Virus record (IMG/VR): IMGVR_UViG_3300009177_000028
Coordinates: 140,388 to 204,387 of that record
Length of the DNA: 64,000 bases
Reading direction: 5' to 3' (one strand)
The position numbers and the translations under genes were made by a program. The notes beneath the pieces are model-generated. The model ran no database searches. It was given only the letters and a program-made list of their open reading frames with translations, and was not told the origin of the DNA. Position 1 is the stretch's first letter; the number at the start of each line of letters is the position of its first letter. Positions 18,432-26,667 of the stretch are shown here, one piece after another.

Positions 18432-19196
18432 TTACTTCTTAGATAAATCAGGAGCTGGCTCGTGATACTCTTTCACCATCTTCTTAACTGAATCCAAATG
18501 AACATAATAGTTCATAAATGGAACTCTAGTTAACCTGGAACAAATTCCAACTAGGTTTCCAGAGCTATCAAAAACTCCACCACCAGAATTGCCAAACCAA
18601 ATAGTTGCATTAACCTGAACTACCTTGCCAATTCCTGAACTCTCGTCTCCACGATAAGCAGAAACAGTTCCCTCAGCATGCGTGTAATACATTCCCTTAG
18701 GATGTCCGACAGAATAAACATGCTCTCCCAATGCTGGCATCTCGCTGGCAAATCCAACTGCCTCGTGCTCTGGTAATCCACCAACGTCTGCTTTAATCAA
18801 TGCCAAATCATGATCCGCATCAAAGGCAACTACCTTGGCCTTGTGAATAGCAGCAGGATCATCCATCACTTCCTTGACTTCCTTGCTAGTTACATAGTAA
18901 GTCTTCTCTCCAACTGGATCCGCTCCCTCTTCACGAGCTACACAGTGTCCTGCCGTAACAATCTCGTCTTGGCTAATCCAAACTCCTGTGCAGTGCGGAC
19001 GAATATCCACGCTGGCATTATCAATCTCCCCATTCTCATCCTTGTGAAGAGTGACCTTAAAATGAACTAAAGCTACCGTGCTCTCTCCAATATGCGCATG
19101 TAACGCATCTGGACTCTTCACCGGTGTCTTAAGTGATGAACCACAACCTACTAAGCCTAACACCATCGCTAGTGTAATTACCAATAAACGTTTCAT
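18432..19196 (-). CDS. trypsin-like (S1) serine protease lipoprotein
   Basis: lipobox LGLVGC; triad motifs VTAGHC, HDLALI, GNSGGG. Confidence 0.92.
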   Translation of the reverse strand: MKRLLVITLAMVLGLVGCGSSLKTPVKSPDALHAHIGESTVALVHFKVTLHKDENGEIDNASVDIRPHCTGVWISQDEIVTAGHCVAREEGADPVGEKTYYVTSKEVKEVMDDPAAIHKAKVVAFDADHDLALIKADVGGLPEHEAVGFASEMPALGEHVYSVGHPKGMYYTHAEGTVSAYRGDESSGIGKVVQVNATIWFGNSGGGVFDSSGNLVGICSRLTRVPFMNYYVHLDSVKKMVKEYHEPAPDLSKK

Positions 19197-19309
19197 GCAG
19201 TACGTCCTAAATTTTCAAAAGACTCCCCAATCGAAGCCCAATTAAGAAAAATACCAGATTATCCCCAATTGTTTCCAATATTTCACAAAACTAAGACAGA
19301 TGTAATTTA

Positions 19310-19852
19310 TTAGATTATAGATTGAATCACTTGGTGTAAACAACCCACTGCCTTGGTTCCCCTAATAATAATCCCGGCATGGTAATCATAATCCCCTTGG
19401 TCATTGTAATCATGCCAGCATTCCAATAACTCCCCTGCCCCCATTACCCTGTACATCCCAGCCACGGATGGATCCATTAAATAAACTAATCCATTCTTAA
19501 TTCCTACCAAAACTACATAGTGCCCATCATCCCAAACCTCAGACATCTTAGTCTCTGCCGTATAACTACCCCACGCCTGAATACTCAAGATAACCGTATA
19601 TCCCTCAGCCGTTAATCCCTGTAACTCCTCCAGAGTCATATTAGATTTACTGTAGGCAGTTAATCCATAGTTCCTAGCCCCTGCTATCAATCCTTCCCCT
19701 GAGGTTCCTTCATCGGTGGTCCCCAGTAAATCGTATAGCTCTGGCTCTCGGCCATCCCAAACGCCCCAATAGTATAAACAACTGGCTAAACTAGCTGCCC
19801 CACAACTGTAGTCATAGGCTTGGCGGACTATAGGTAAATAGATTAAGCTCAT
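19310..19852 (-). CDS. C39-like cysteine peptidase (stand-alone)
   Basis: RQAYDYSCGAA (Q-x5-C), GHYVVL, LMDP. Confidence 0.88.
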   Translation of the reverse strand: MSLIYLPIVRQAYDYSCGAASLASCLYYWGVWDGREPELYDLLGTTDEGTSGEGLIAGARNYGLTAYSKSNMTLEELQGLTAEGYTVILSIQAWGSYTAETKMSEVWDDGHYVVLVGIKNGLVYLMDPSVAGMYRVMGAGELLECWHDYNDQGDYDYHAGIIIRGTKAVGCLHQVIQSII

Positions 19853-20230
19853 TTAGATTACTTCCTTTGAGTGGTTGGGGCGCGGTTAGCGCCCTCTCTT
19901 ATGCCAGTCTATCCCGTTAGGTATGGGGTGATTATATCTGTATTGCTACATAGGGTCACATATGGCAACGTATGGTCATATATGGTCATTAATTAGATCT
20001 TTTATAATGGTATAAGATGCTTATTACTTTTAATAAGTGGGAAATGGTGGGATGGGGTGGCATTTTATGGGAAAGTAATATATATTTTATCGTATTGGTC
20101 GTTTTGGTAATGTATATGTTAGTTGGAGATGGCCCACAGGCTGTGTGATTTGGTGTTTGACCCCTGTTTGGGAGGCGCCATCCCACCCCGCACGACAGTC
20201 TCCCACCTTTTTCGGGCGGCTCCAATGTAG

Positions 20231-20265
20231 GTGGTATGAGTTATGCAATATGCAATCATGCCAAC
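20231..20265 (+). promoter_or_regulatory. repeated sigma54-type element, copy 1
   Basis: TGG-TATGAGTTAT-GC (GG-N10-GC) then AATATGCAATCATGCCAAC. Confidence 0.65.
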
Positions 20266-20380
20266 TACATCGTAATCAATGTAGGATAATCTCTTTTATT
20301 TATCTATACTGTGTGATGAATACTTTTTATTATTATCATTCATCACATGTAGTATATTTTTATTTATTAGAGGAATGTGG

Positions 20381-20415
20381 TTGGTATGCCGTTTGCAATA
20401 TGCAATCATGCCAAC
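20381..20415 (+). promoter_or_regulatory. repeated sigma54-type element, copy 2
   Basis: TTGG-TATGCCGTTT-GC; 26-bp perfect direct repeat with copy 1 (20244-20269 / 20394-20419). Confidence 0.65.
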
Positions 20416-20458
20416 TACAGGTAGGATAAGCAGCAGAAAGCCCCTGAAACCTGGGCGG

Positions 20459-20493
20459 TTGGCATGAAACCTGCAATTAGCAAGCGTGCCAAC
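20459..20493 (+). promoter_or_regulatory. repeated sigma54-type element, copy 3
   Basis: TTGG-CATGAAACCT-GC then AATTAGCAAGCGTGCCAAC. Confidence 0.7.
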
Positions 20494-20560
20494 TACCTGG
20501 GCGGGGCGAGTAGGAGGTCCACCTACCCCAAGCGGGCGCCTCTCTCGTGTGTCGAGCATG

Positions 20561-20644
20561 CCGCGCAACGGCCGATCGTGGCGCGCTAGTGGCGCGGTAG
20601 CGCAAGGATCGGCCGCTAGTGGCGCGGTACCGCGCAACGGCCGA
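20561..20644. repeat. GC-rich A-B-B-A direct repeat block
   Basis: CCGCGCAACGGCCGA at 20561 and 20630; CGCTAGTGGCGCGGTA at 20584 and 20614. Confidence 0.75.
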
Positions 20645-20915
20645 AAGCGCACTAGAAGAGCGCCTAGCGCGACCCTAGCCTATGACACCAAGATCATACC
20701 CCGGATGTAGTCAAAGGTCATGAGCTGTCGTTCAATGTTGCTCGAAAAAGGCTAATGGTTTCGTAGGGTAGACCTACATTATCCGCCAAAACTTTCGGAA
20801 TTCGTCATGGTAGTTTCTTTTCCTACATCGCAATTAGTTGCTGAATTCCGACCAACCAGGACACAAAGATCATTGTGGGATAAGATGCTACACCAATGAT
20901 ATCATATAGTTACAG

Positions 20916-20933
20916 TTGGCACCGACCCTGCAA
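20916..20933 (+). promoter_or_regulatory. sigma54-type promoter
   Basis: TTGGCACCGACCCTGCAA, GG-N10-GC, upstream of boxA and the long plus-strand gene run. Confidence 0.6.
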
Positions 20934-21032
20934 TGACCCCTAGACGCAACGGGAACGGATGAGAGCAGGGGTCACGCGGGCGGATCGCCCGCGCAGCCTG
21001 ACAGCGCACATGGTGCGCGCTGTCGCTCGATG

Positions 21033-21044
21033 TGGTCTTTGACA
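21033..21044 (+). promoter_or_regulatory. rrn-type boxA antitermination element
   Basis: TGGTCTTTGACA, 10/12 to E. coli boxA TGCTCTTTAACA. Confidence 0.5.
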
Positions 21045-21577
21045 ATCTAAACGTCTCACACGGGCGCCTCATGTGCGCCTACAGCGCGCGCCTAGCGCGT
21101 GTGCCTCCTACCTACGGTAAGGGACAGTGTGCGATAGCGGCGACCATATAGGTCCGCTCCTACCGCGTCCCACAATCACCGAGTAGCGCACACAACCGAA
21201 GCCACTGTGGGTTACATGCGGAAGATGTGTGGGCCAGGTGACCCGTCCTACATTCACTCCACACGGGAGACGATGTAGGCTACCCTCACCTAGTGTACGA
21301 ATCCCGAGGAGGGATAAACCGTAGGTAGGGCAATGTCCTGCTAGAGCCGACAATGTAGGCCGCGGTGAGGCGGTATGAGTCCGCAGCGTACGAATCAAGA
21401 GACTAAACGACTATGTGGGAGGGACGCCTAGAGTGTCCTTCCCCCGTAGCGTAAAGCCTACAAGGTAAGTAACTCTCTCCAAGTCTACGGTATTGGAGTA
21501 GGAGAGAACACCTTGTGAGCTTTACGCTGCGATCATCGCAGAGTGTCCCACAACAGCAGACAACAGGAGCCAACATC

Positions 21578-22150
21578 ATGAGCCAGACCACCAGCAACGA
21601 CAGCGCCGTCAAGTCGACCACCATCTCCTCCGATGTGGAGGAGCGTCTCACCGCCACCTTCAAGACCCTTCACCATCTCGTCTCCACCCACATGGTGAGT
21701 GCGGGTGCGAAGCTCACCTTCATGTCGGAGTTCGAGAAGTGTGGGATGGAGGACTACAAGGAGGTCGCGCATGCGGCACGGAAGCTGCTCGGCGCCAAGC
21801 GTCAGGAAAAGTGGGAGAACCGCATCAAGGGGATCCGTGCGGGGATCCAGGGTGTGGTCGACACCTACATGAACCGCAAACGTGCGGCCAAGGCGCAGTT
21901 CGACGCACTCCCGGAGGAGTTGCGCGCAGAAGGTGTGACCTTCAACCCCAACGTCTCCATCCCGGTGAAGGAGCTTGTGGGATGCTTCCCGCAGGGTGCG
22001 ACCCAGGAGCAGATCCTCCGAGACCTGAAGGATCTCTCCTACAACGTCATCCAGAATGCGGAAAAGGCGTACCTCATCCGCGTTGCCTTCGTTGCCGACA
22101 AGGTGGCAGACGAGGCGCCCAAGTCGGAGAAGACCGCCAAGGCGGCCTGA
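21578..22150 (+). CDS. hypothetical protein (first gene of the GC-rich run)
   Basis: AGGAG SD; strongly GC3-biased codons; ends KTAKAA. Confidence 0.85.
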   Translation: MSQTTSNDSAVKSTTISSDVEERLTATFKTLHHLVSTHMVSAGAKLTFMSEFEKCGMEDYKEVAHAARKLLGAKRQEKWENRIKGIRAGIQGVVDTYMNRKRAAKAQFDALPEELRAEGVTFNPNVSIPVKELVGCFPQGATQEQILRDLKDLSYNVIQNAEKAYLIRVAFVADKVADEAPKSEKTAKAA

Positions 22151-22173
22151 GCGCGCAGCGTTCCGCTGAGTCT

Positions 22174-22227
22174 CCTACATCCTGCTCCCAACTGCTCCCA
22201 TGTGGGGTGGTTGGGGGCAGTCGTAGG
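22174..22227 (+). ncRNA. intergenic hairpin family copy H1
   Basis: CCTAC-ATC-CTGCTCCCAAC...GTTGGGGGCAG-TC-GTAGG. Confidence 0.7.
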
Positions 22228-22252
22228 CGAGTCAACCACCAAGGAGGTTCAT

Positions 22253-22474
22253 GTGTTCCATACTCAGCCCAAGACCTACAAGAAGGTCTCTCTCCTCCAC
22301 AAGAACTACTTCGACCTACTCTGCGGCTCCAATGGCTACAGTAGGGAAGAGTACGACATCTGCGAGAAGGAAGACAATCTGGGGTTTCCTGTCTACACCG
22401 TGGACGTGTGGTCGCAAAGGTGCGACGACATGATGCAACGTGTGTTCAGCGAAGCCAACGGCTACAAGCGCTGA
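22253..22474 (+). CDS. hypothetical protein
   Basis: AAGGAGG SD then GTG 22253. Confidence 0.75.
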   Translation: MFHTQPKTYKKVSLLHKNYFDLLCGSNGYSREEYDICEKEDNLGFPVYTVDVWSQRCDDMMQRVFSEANGYKR

Positions 22475-22478
22475 TCTA

Positions 22479-22521
22479 CCTACACCATGCTCCCGAGGGT
22501 TACTTCGGGGGCATGAGTAGG
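22479..22521 (+). ncRNA. intergenic hairpin family copy H2
   Basis: CCTAC-ACC-ATGCTCCCGA...TCGGGGGCAT-GA-GTAGG (compensatory ATGC/GCAT). Confidence 0.72.
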
Positions 22522-22533
22522 AGGACCAGACAC

Positions 22534-22932
22534 ATGTACAAGTACGACGGACACTCCTTCAACATGTGCGAGGAGTGGTCGCAATGCCCACAACATCGAA
22601 CGGAGACCCACATGAAGGACAAGCTCGCTCAAGCGCCCGACCAGGTGCGACAGTTCGTACACGCTCTCATCTCCAACGCCAAAGAGGTGGAAGGGTGGGA
22701 AGTGTGCGACATGGAGGATGGCAAGTGCTTCGCTGACACCATAGCCCACATCGAGCACAAGGAAGACGGAAGGTGGGTGGTGTGCGACAACTACGAACGG
22801 TTCTTCTCTCTCATCTACACCTACACGGTGGCAGGCGAGTGGACCGTGCGCCGCATGTATGGCGAAGGTGGGGAGATGCCCTACAGCTTCGCCAAGTGTA
22901 TGGCGGATGCCTCCATCATGTTCACTGGCTGA
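22534..22932 (+). CDS. hypothetical protein
   Basis: AGGAGG SD; fills the space between H2 and H3. Confidence 0.75.
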   Translation: MYKYDGHSFNMCEEWSQCPQHRTETHMKDKLAQAPDQVRQFVHALISNAKEVEGWEVCDMEDGKCFADTIAHIEHKEDGRWVVCDNYERFFSLIYTYTVAGEWTVRRMYGEGGEMPYSFAKCMADASIMFTG

Positions 22933-22936
22933 TCCA

Positions 22937-22978
22937 CCTACGTCATGCCCTCATGTGTGTACATGGGGGCATTGGTAG
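22937..22978 (+). ncRNA. intergenic hairpin family copy H3
   Basis: CCTAC-GTC-ATGCCCTCATG...CATGGGGGCAT-TG-GTAG. Confidence 0.7.
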
Positions 22979-23019
22979 TGGGATTAGGCTCACTAACACC
23001 AAACAAGGGAGAATGTAAG

Positions 23020-23199
23020 ATGATCAAGTTCATTGTGGTTGTTCTGGCGTGCATCGGGGCATTCTTCGGTCTGGCGATTCTGTCGGGTCATGTCCCCCAG
23101 ATCTCCCACACCGCCTTCAACATCAGCACCTTTCAGGTCACGTGGTTGATGCTGGGCGTGTGTGCGACCGGGTTCGTCTCCTACAAGGTGTGCAAGTAA
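23020..23199 (+). CDS. small two-TM membrane protein, paralogue of 38068-38253
   Basis: MIKF...H.P...AF....WL..G.C...F..YK..K shared. Confidence 0.75.
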   Translation: MIKFIVVVLACIGAFFGLAILSGHVPQISHTAFNISTFQVTWLMLGVCATGFVSYKVCK

Positions 23200-23253
23200 A
23201 GGGTGCTGTAAGCGCCTAACGTACACATAACGTTACTCCAATCGAGGAAAACA

Positions 23254-23300
23254 GCGGCATATAGGCGCCTAGGTGGGTTCGACTCCCACATGCCGCCCTA
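23254..23300 (+). ncRNA. tRNA-like minihelix (acceptor stem plus T-arm)
   Basis: GCGGCAT/ATGCCGC 7-bp stem, TAGG-CG-CCTA mini-hairpin, GTGGG-TTCGACT-CCCAC T-arm. Confidence 0.5.
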
Positions 23301-23324
23301 AGTCATACATCAGCGGAGGATGTC

Positions 23325-23531
23325 ATGGTCAAGGTTACCAAGTGCCCCAATGTGGGTGATGCGGTCAAGATCGTCAAAGGCAAGAGGTCGGGTGATGTAG
23401 GCATCATCAAGCGATGTGCCTCGGTGTGGGGAGAGGACCGACTCAAGTGGTCGTCCTTCCTACTCGACATCAATGGTGAGGAAGTGTGGGTGCGTACGCA
23501 CCATGTGGAGAAACTGGAGAACGCGGCCTGA
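23325..23531 (+). CDS. KOW/SH3-like small protein
   Basis: VGDAVKIVKGKRSGDVGII KOW-like motif; ends ENAA. Confidence 0.6.
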   Translation: MVKVTKCPNVGDAVKIVKGKRSGDVGIIKRCASVWGEDRLKWSSFLLDINGEEVWVRTHHVEKLENAA

Positions 23532-23533
23532 CA

Positions 23534-23574
23534 CCCACACCCTGCTCCTAAGTAATCCTTGGGGGCAGAAGTGG
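23534..23574 (+). ncRNA. intergenic hairpin family copy H4
   Basis: CCCAC-ACC-CTGCTCC...GGGGGCAG-AA-GTGG (compensatory CCAC/GTGG). Confidence 0.7.
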
Positions 23575-23608
23575 TTGGCACGCTTGCATATAGCACAACG
23601 TATGCCAA
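23574..23608 (-). promoter_or_regulatory. repeated sigma54-type element, copy 4 (antisense)
   Basis: minus strand TTGG-CATACGTTGT-GC then TATATGCAAGCGTGCCAAC. Confidence 0.65.
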
Positions 23609-23620
23609 AGGAGGATTCCC

Positions 23621-24145
23621 ATGAAGATCAAGAGCCAGCGCACCACGACCTACACCGAGACCTACTCCCTCACCTTCGAGTACATCGGCTCCAATGGGAG
23701 CGGGTGTGCGTTCGACTGCGACAAGGAGGGAAAGGTCGACCTGACCAAGCTGCACCCGTGTGCGATTCTGACCTACACCGAAGCCAAGTTCGGACAGGTC
23801 ACCCGACGTGAGAACGTGCAGTACCGTGTGGGTGCAGATGGGGAATACGAGCCCATCCCCGGCACGGGTGAGATGGTCACCCGAGAGGTGAGCAAGGGTG
23901 AGGTCATCACCTACATCAACCGCCAGATCGTTCCTGCGGTGGGAGAGTGTGATTGTTGTGGGAGGGATGTCCACCTCTACGGTTTCACCAACACATGTGA
24001 GTGTGGGGCCGACTACAACATGTCGGGTCAGATGCTCGCTCCTCGTGAACAGTGGGGAGAGGAGACAGGTGAGACAGCCGCCGACATCCTCTCCTTCGAC
24101 TCCTACGATCGGGAGCCCATGGGCACCGATGAAGGATGGTTCTGA
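23621..24145 (+). CDS. hypothetical Cys-rich protein
   Basis: GGAGG SD; CDCC..C.C cluster. Confidence 0.8.
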   Translation: MKIKSQRTTTYTETYSLTFEYIGSNGSGCAFDCDKEGKVDLTKLHPCAILTYTEAKFGQVTRRENVQYRVGADGEYEPIPGTGEMVTREVSKGEVITYINRQIVPAVGECDCCGRDVHLYGFTNTCECGADYNMSGQMLAPREQWGEETGETAADILSFDSYDREPMGTDEGWF

Positions 24146-24161
24146 CAAAGTAGGAGTGCCG

Positions 24162-24203
24162 CCTACACCCTGCCTTCATGTGCAAGCATGAGGGTAGAAG
24201 TAG
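24162..24203 (+). ncRNA. intergenic hairpin family copy H5
   Basis: CCTAC-ACC-CTGCCTTCATG...CATGAGGGTAG-AA-GTAG (two G-U pairs on plus strand). Confidence 0.72.
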
Positions 24204-24237
24204 TTGGCATGCTTGCATGTAGCAGATTGTATGCCAA
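24203..24237 (-). promoter_or_regulatory. repeated sigma54-type element, copy 5 (antisense)
   Basis: minus strand TTGG-CATACAATCT-GC then TACATGCAAGCATGCCAAC. Confidence 0.65.
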
Positions 24238-24269
24238 TCGACCCCAAACACCCAAGGTAGGAGAGTGTC

Positions 24270-24830
24270 ATGAACTTCACGACCAAACCGGATACGTTCG
24301 TTCTCGTGGTGGCGGCCCTGTCGGATAAGCTGGTCCAGAAGGAGAACGAGTGTGTGGAGCTGCGAGACCACATCGCCTCCGACCATGCCAGCATGGACGA
24401 CATGCAGCGCACCATCACCGACCTGCGGGTCCAGTGTGAGCGACTGCAAGACAAGGCGGATGATGTGGACTACTTCCGCACTCGCTATCAGGACATGTCC
24501 CACAAGCTGGAGAACTACGAACACCTCCGCTCACAGAATGCCGAACTGTGGGAGCAGGTGCGAGTCCTGAAGATGGAGAACCACAAGCTCCGCTACGGTG
24601 GGCAGACTCCCGAGGAGACGGCCAACAACTACATGCTCTCCCAGGGGAGGCAGGTGTGGGAGCGTGGCAACAAGATTCAGTGCATCAAGGAGGTGCGAGA
24701 GGTGAGTGGATGGGGGCTGAAGGAAACCAAGGATTGGTGCGAAGCCTACATCGCCCGCCTGGATAACGAAAAGGAGGAGAGCGGCCCCGGTACCAAGCGC
24801 TCCTCCGGCAACGTAGCCAAAACTGGCTGA
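24270..24830 (+). CDS. coiled-coil protein with ribosomal bL12 (L7/L12) C-terminal-domain-like motif
   Basis: heptad-rich region then NKIQCIKEVREVSGWGLKETKDWCE. Confidence 0.65.
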   Translation: MNFTTKPDTFVLVVAALSDKLVQKENECVELRDHIASDHASMDDMQRTITDLRVQCERLQDKADDVDYFRTRYQDMSHKLENYEHLRSQNAELWEQVRVLKMENHKLRYGGQTPEETANNYMLSQGRQVWERGNKIQCIKEVREVSGWGLKETKDWCEAYIARLDNEKEESGPGTKRSSGNVAKTG

Positions 24831-24834
24831 CGCA

Positions 24835-24876
24835 CCTACACCCTGCCTCTATGTGTGAACATGGGGGCAGGAGTAG
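24835..24876 (+). ncRNA. intergenic hairpin family copy H6
   Basis: CCTAC-ACC-CTGCCTCTATG...CATGGGGGCAG-GA-GTAG. Confidence 0.72.
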
Positions 24877-24911
24877 CTGATTCAGACACAACACATGAAA
24901 GGAGAGAGGTC

Positions 24912-25037
24912 ATGAAGGTTCACAAGTCGCAGCGTGTGTTCCAAGAGGAGAAGAAGTATCCGGGTGTGGGTGCCCTCATCTGCGTCGGCTCTGGTCTCCT
25001 CTTTTGGGGGAGCTTGGCCTACCTCTTCGTTCACTGA
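24912..25037 (+). CDS. small membrane protein
   Basis: GAGG SD; C-terminal hydrophobic helix. Confidence 0.55.
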   Translation: MKVHKSQRVFQEEKKYPGVGALICVGSGLLFWGSLAYLFVH

Positions 25038-25057
25038 GGGAGTAGTGGGTCCAAGGG

Positions 25058-25092
25058 GTTGGCATGCTTGCATAGTGCAACATCCATGCCAC
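25058..25092 (-). promoter_or_regulatory. repeated sigma54-type element, copy 6 (antisense)
   Basis: minus strand GTGG-CATGGATGTT-GCA, canonical TTGCA -12 box. Confidence 0.7.
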
Positions 25093-25237
25093 AGCAGGCA
25101 TGTCGCCCCTACACCTACCTCAGAATACCTTCACCTATAATTCTTGTTGCACCTAACTTGAAACGTGCTAACTTATAATCTCGCCATTCTCGCAAGCCAA
25201 GGCCAAAACCTACATCGGCCCCATTAGGAGATAAGTC

Positions 25238-26131
25238 ATGAACGTGTATGAGATTGTCACCGAACGGATCATTGCAGCCCTGGAAAAGGGTGTCGTACCT
25301 TGGCGCATGCCCTGGCGTACCCAAGGTGGGAGCGGTCTCCCCAAGAACCTACAGAGTGGGAAGGAGTACCGAGGTGTCAACATCTTCCTACTGGGTGCGC
25401 AGGGGTACGCCTCTCCCTGGTGGGTTACCTACAAGCAGTGTACGGCCCGAGGTGGGCAGGTGCGCAAAGGTGAGAAGGGCACCCCGGTCATCTTCTGGAA
25501 GGTAGGAGATCATAAGACCAAGGTGGGCAAGAGTGGGAAACCGGAGAAGATGTTTATCCTCCGGTACTACACTGTCTTCAATGTCGCCCAGTGTGATGGG
25601 CTGGACTACCCCAAGGAGGCGGTGGTGGAAGCTCCCACCTTCGACCCCATCGAGCAATGCGAGAAGATCGTTCTCGCCTACAAGACCCTACCCAAGATTG
25701 AGCACGGAGGTGGGCGAGCCTGCTACTCCCCCTCCTTCGACAAGGTGATGATGCCGGAAAAGGAGAGCTTTGGTAAGAGGGAGGAATACTACTCCACACT
25801 CTTCCACGAGCTTACCCACAGCACCGGACATGAGAGCAGGTTGAACCGGGATGGGATCATGAATCCCATTCGGTTTGCCTCACATGACTACAGCTTTGAG
25901 GAGCTGGTAGCAGAATGTGGGGCGGCCTTTCTCTGCGCACATGCGGGTATCTTGGATACCACGCTGGACAACTCGGCCGCCTACATCTCCCACTGGGTGA
26001 GCAAGCTGAAGAGTGAGCCAAGGTGGATTGTGGAAGCCTCAAGTAAGGCAGCTAAGGCGGCTGACTACATCATGGGAGACCTGGTCAAAAAGGAGTCAGA
26101 GTCGGAGGAGTCAAGCGAGGAAGCCGCTTGA
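25238..26131 (+). CDS. ardC: ArdC-family ssDNA-binding antirestriction protein with zincin-like domain
   Basis: GVVPWRMPW, YRGVN, TYKQ..GGQVRKGEKG, YTVFNVAQ, TLFHELTHSTGH..RLNR, YSFEELVAE. Confidence 0.93.
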   Translation: MNVYEIVTERIIAALEKGVVPWRMPWRTQGGSGLPKNLQSGKEYRGVNIFLLGAQGYASPWWVTYKQCTARGGQVRKGEKGTPVIFWKVGDHKTKVGKSGKPEKMFILRYYTVFNVAQCDGLDYPKEAVVEAPTFDPIEQCEKIVLAYKTLPKIEHGGGRACYSPSFDKVMMPEKESFGKREEYYSTLFHELTHSTGHESRLNRDGIMNPIRFASHDYSFEELVAECGAAFLCAHAGILDTTLDNSAAYISHWVSKLKSEPRWIVEASSKAAKAADYIMGDLVKKESESEESSEEAA

Positions 26132-26218
26132 ACCGACATGTCAGGGACTGGGCTGGCCTACTCGGCTGGCTCAGTCTATTATCCTACATCCTCACACACA
26201 AGCCCTGAAAGGACGACC

Positions 26219-26638
26219 ATGAACGACAAGAGACCCTGGAATGAGGGAGGGGAGGAGAAGCCATATAGTGTCTCACTGTGGATACAGGATCCCTCCGACA
26301 TGAGTGACAATGACACATGTATGGCCGGGGAAGACTTCGCCACCGAAAAGGAAGCGCGAATGTGTCTGGCCGACATGAACGCACACTTCAATGACAGGTT
26401 CTACAAGGACGTACCTTATGTCCTGTTGGACGGCCCGAACGACCTACACGAGGTGACAGTGCGCACCCAAGCCCTCAAGCGGATGCAACGTGAGAGGGAG
26501 TGCGAGGACAGGGCGGCAAGGTCGGAGATGGCCATGCAAGCTGGGATGGGTATGGGCATTCATGCCTACAACGACATGATGGGATACGACTCTGAAGAGT
26601 ACGACCCTGACCTACACGGATACCTGCACGAAGACTGA
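26219..26638 (+). CDS. hypothetical protein
   Basis: AAAGGA SD; acidic. Confidence 0.75.
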   Translation: MNDKRPWNEGGEEKPYSVSLWIQDPSDMSDNDTCMAGEDFATEKEARMCLADMNAHFNDRFYKDVPYVLLDGPNDLHEVTVRTQALKRMQRERECEDRAARSEMAMQAGMGMGIHAYNDMMGYDSEEYDPDLHGYLHED

Positions 26639-26667
26639 GCAACCACAACAACCCGAAAGGTACGACC

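Noticed and set aside
19860-21500. The GC break as a chimeric assembly join
   Set aside because: Both arms carry myxobacterial-type genes and C39-like and kinase-like genes, and the repeated element spans the boundary; not fully excluded without reads.
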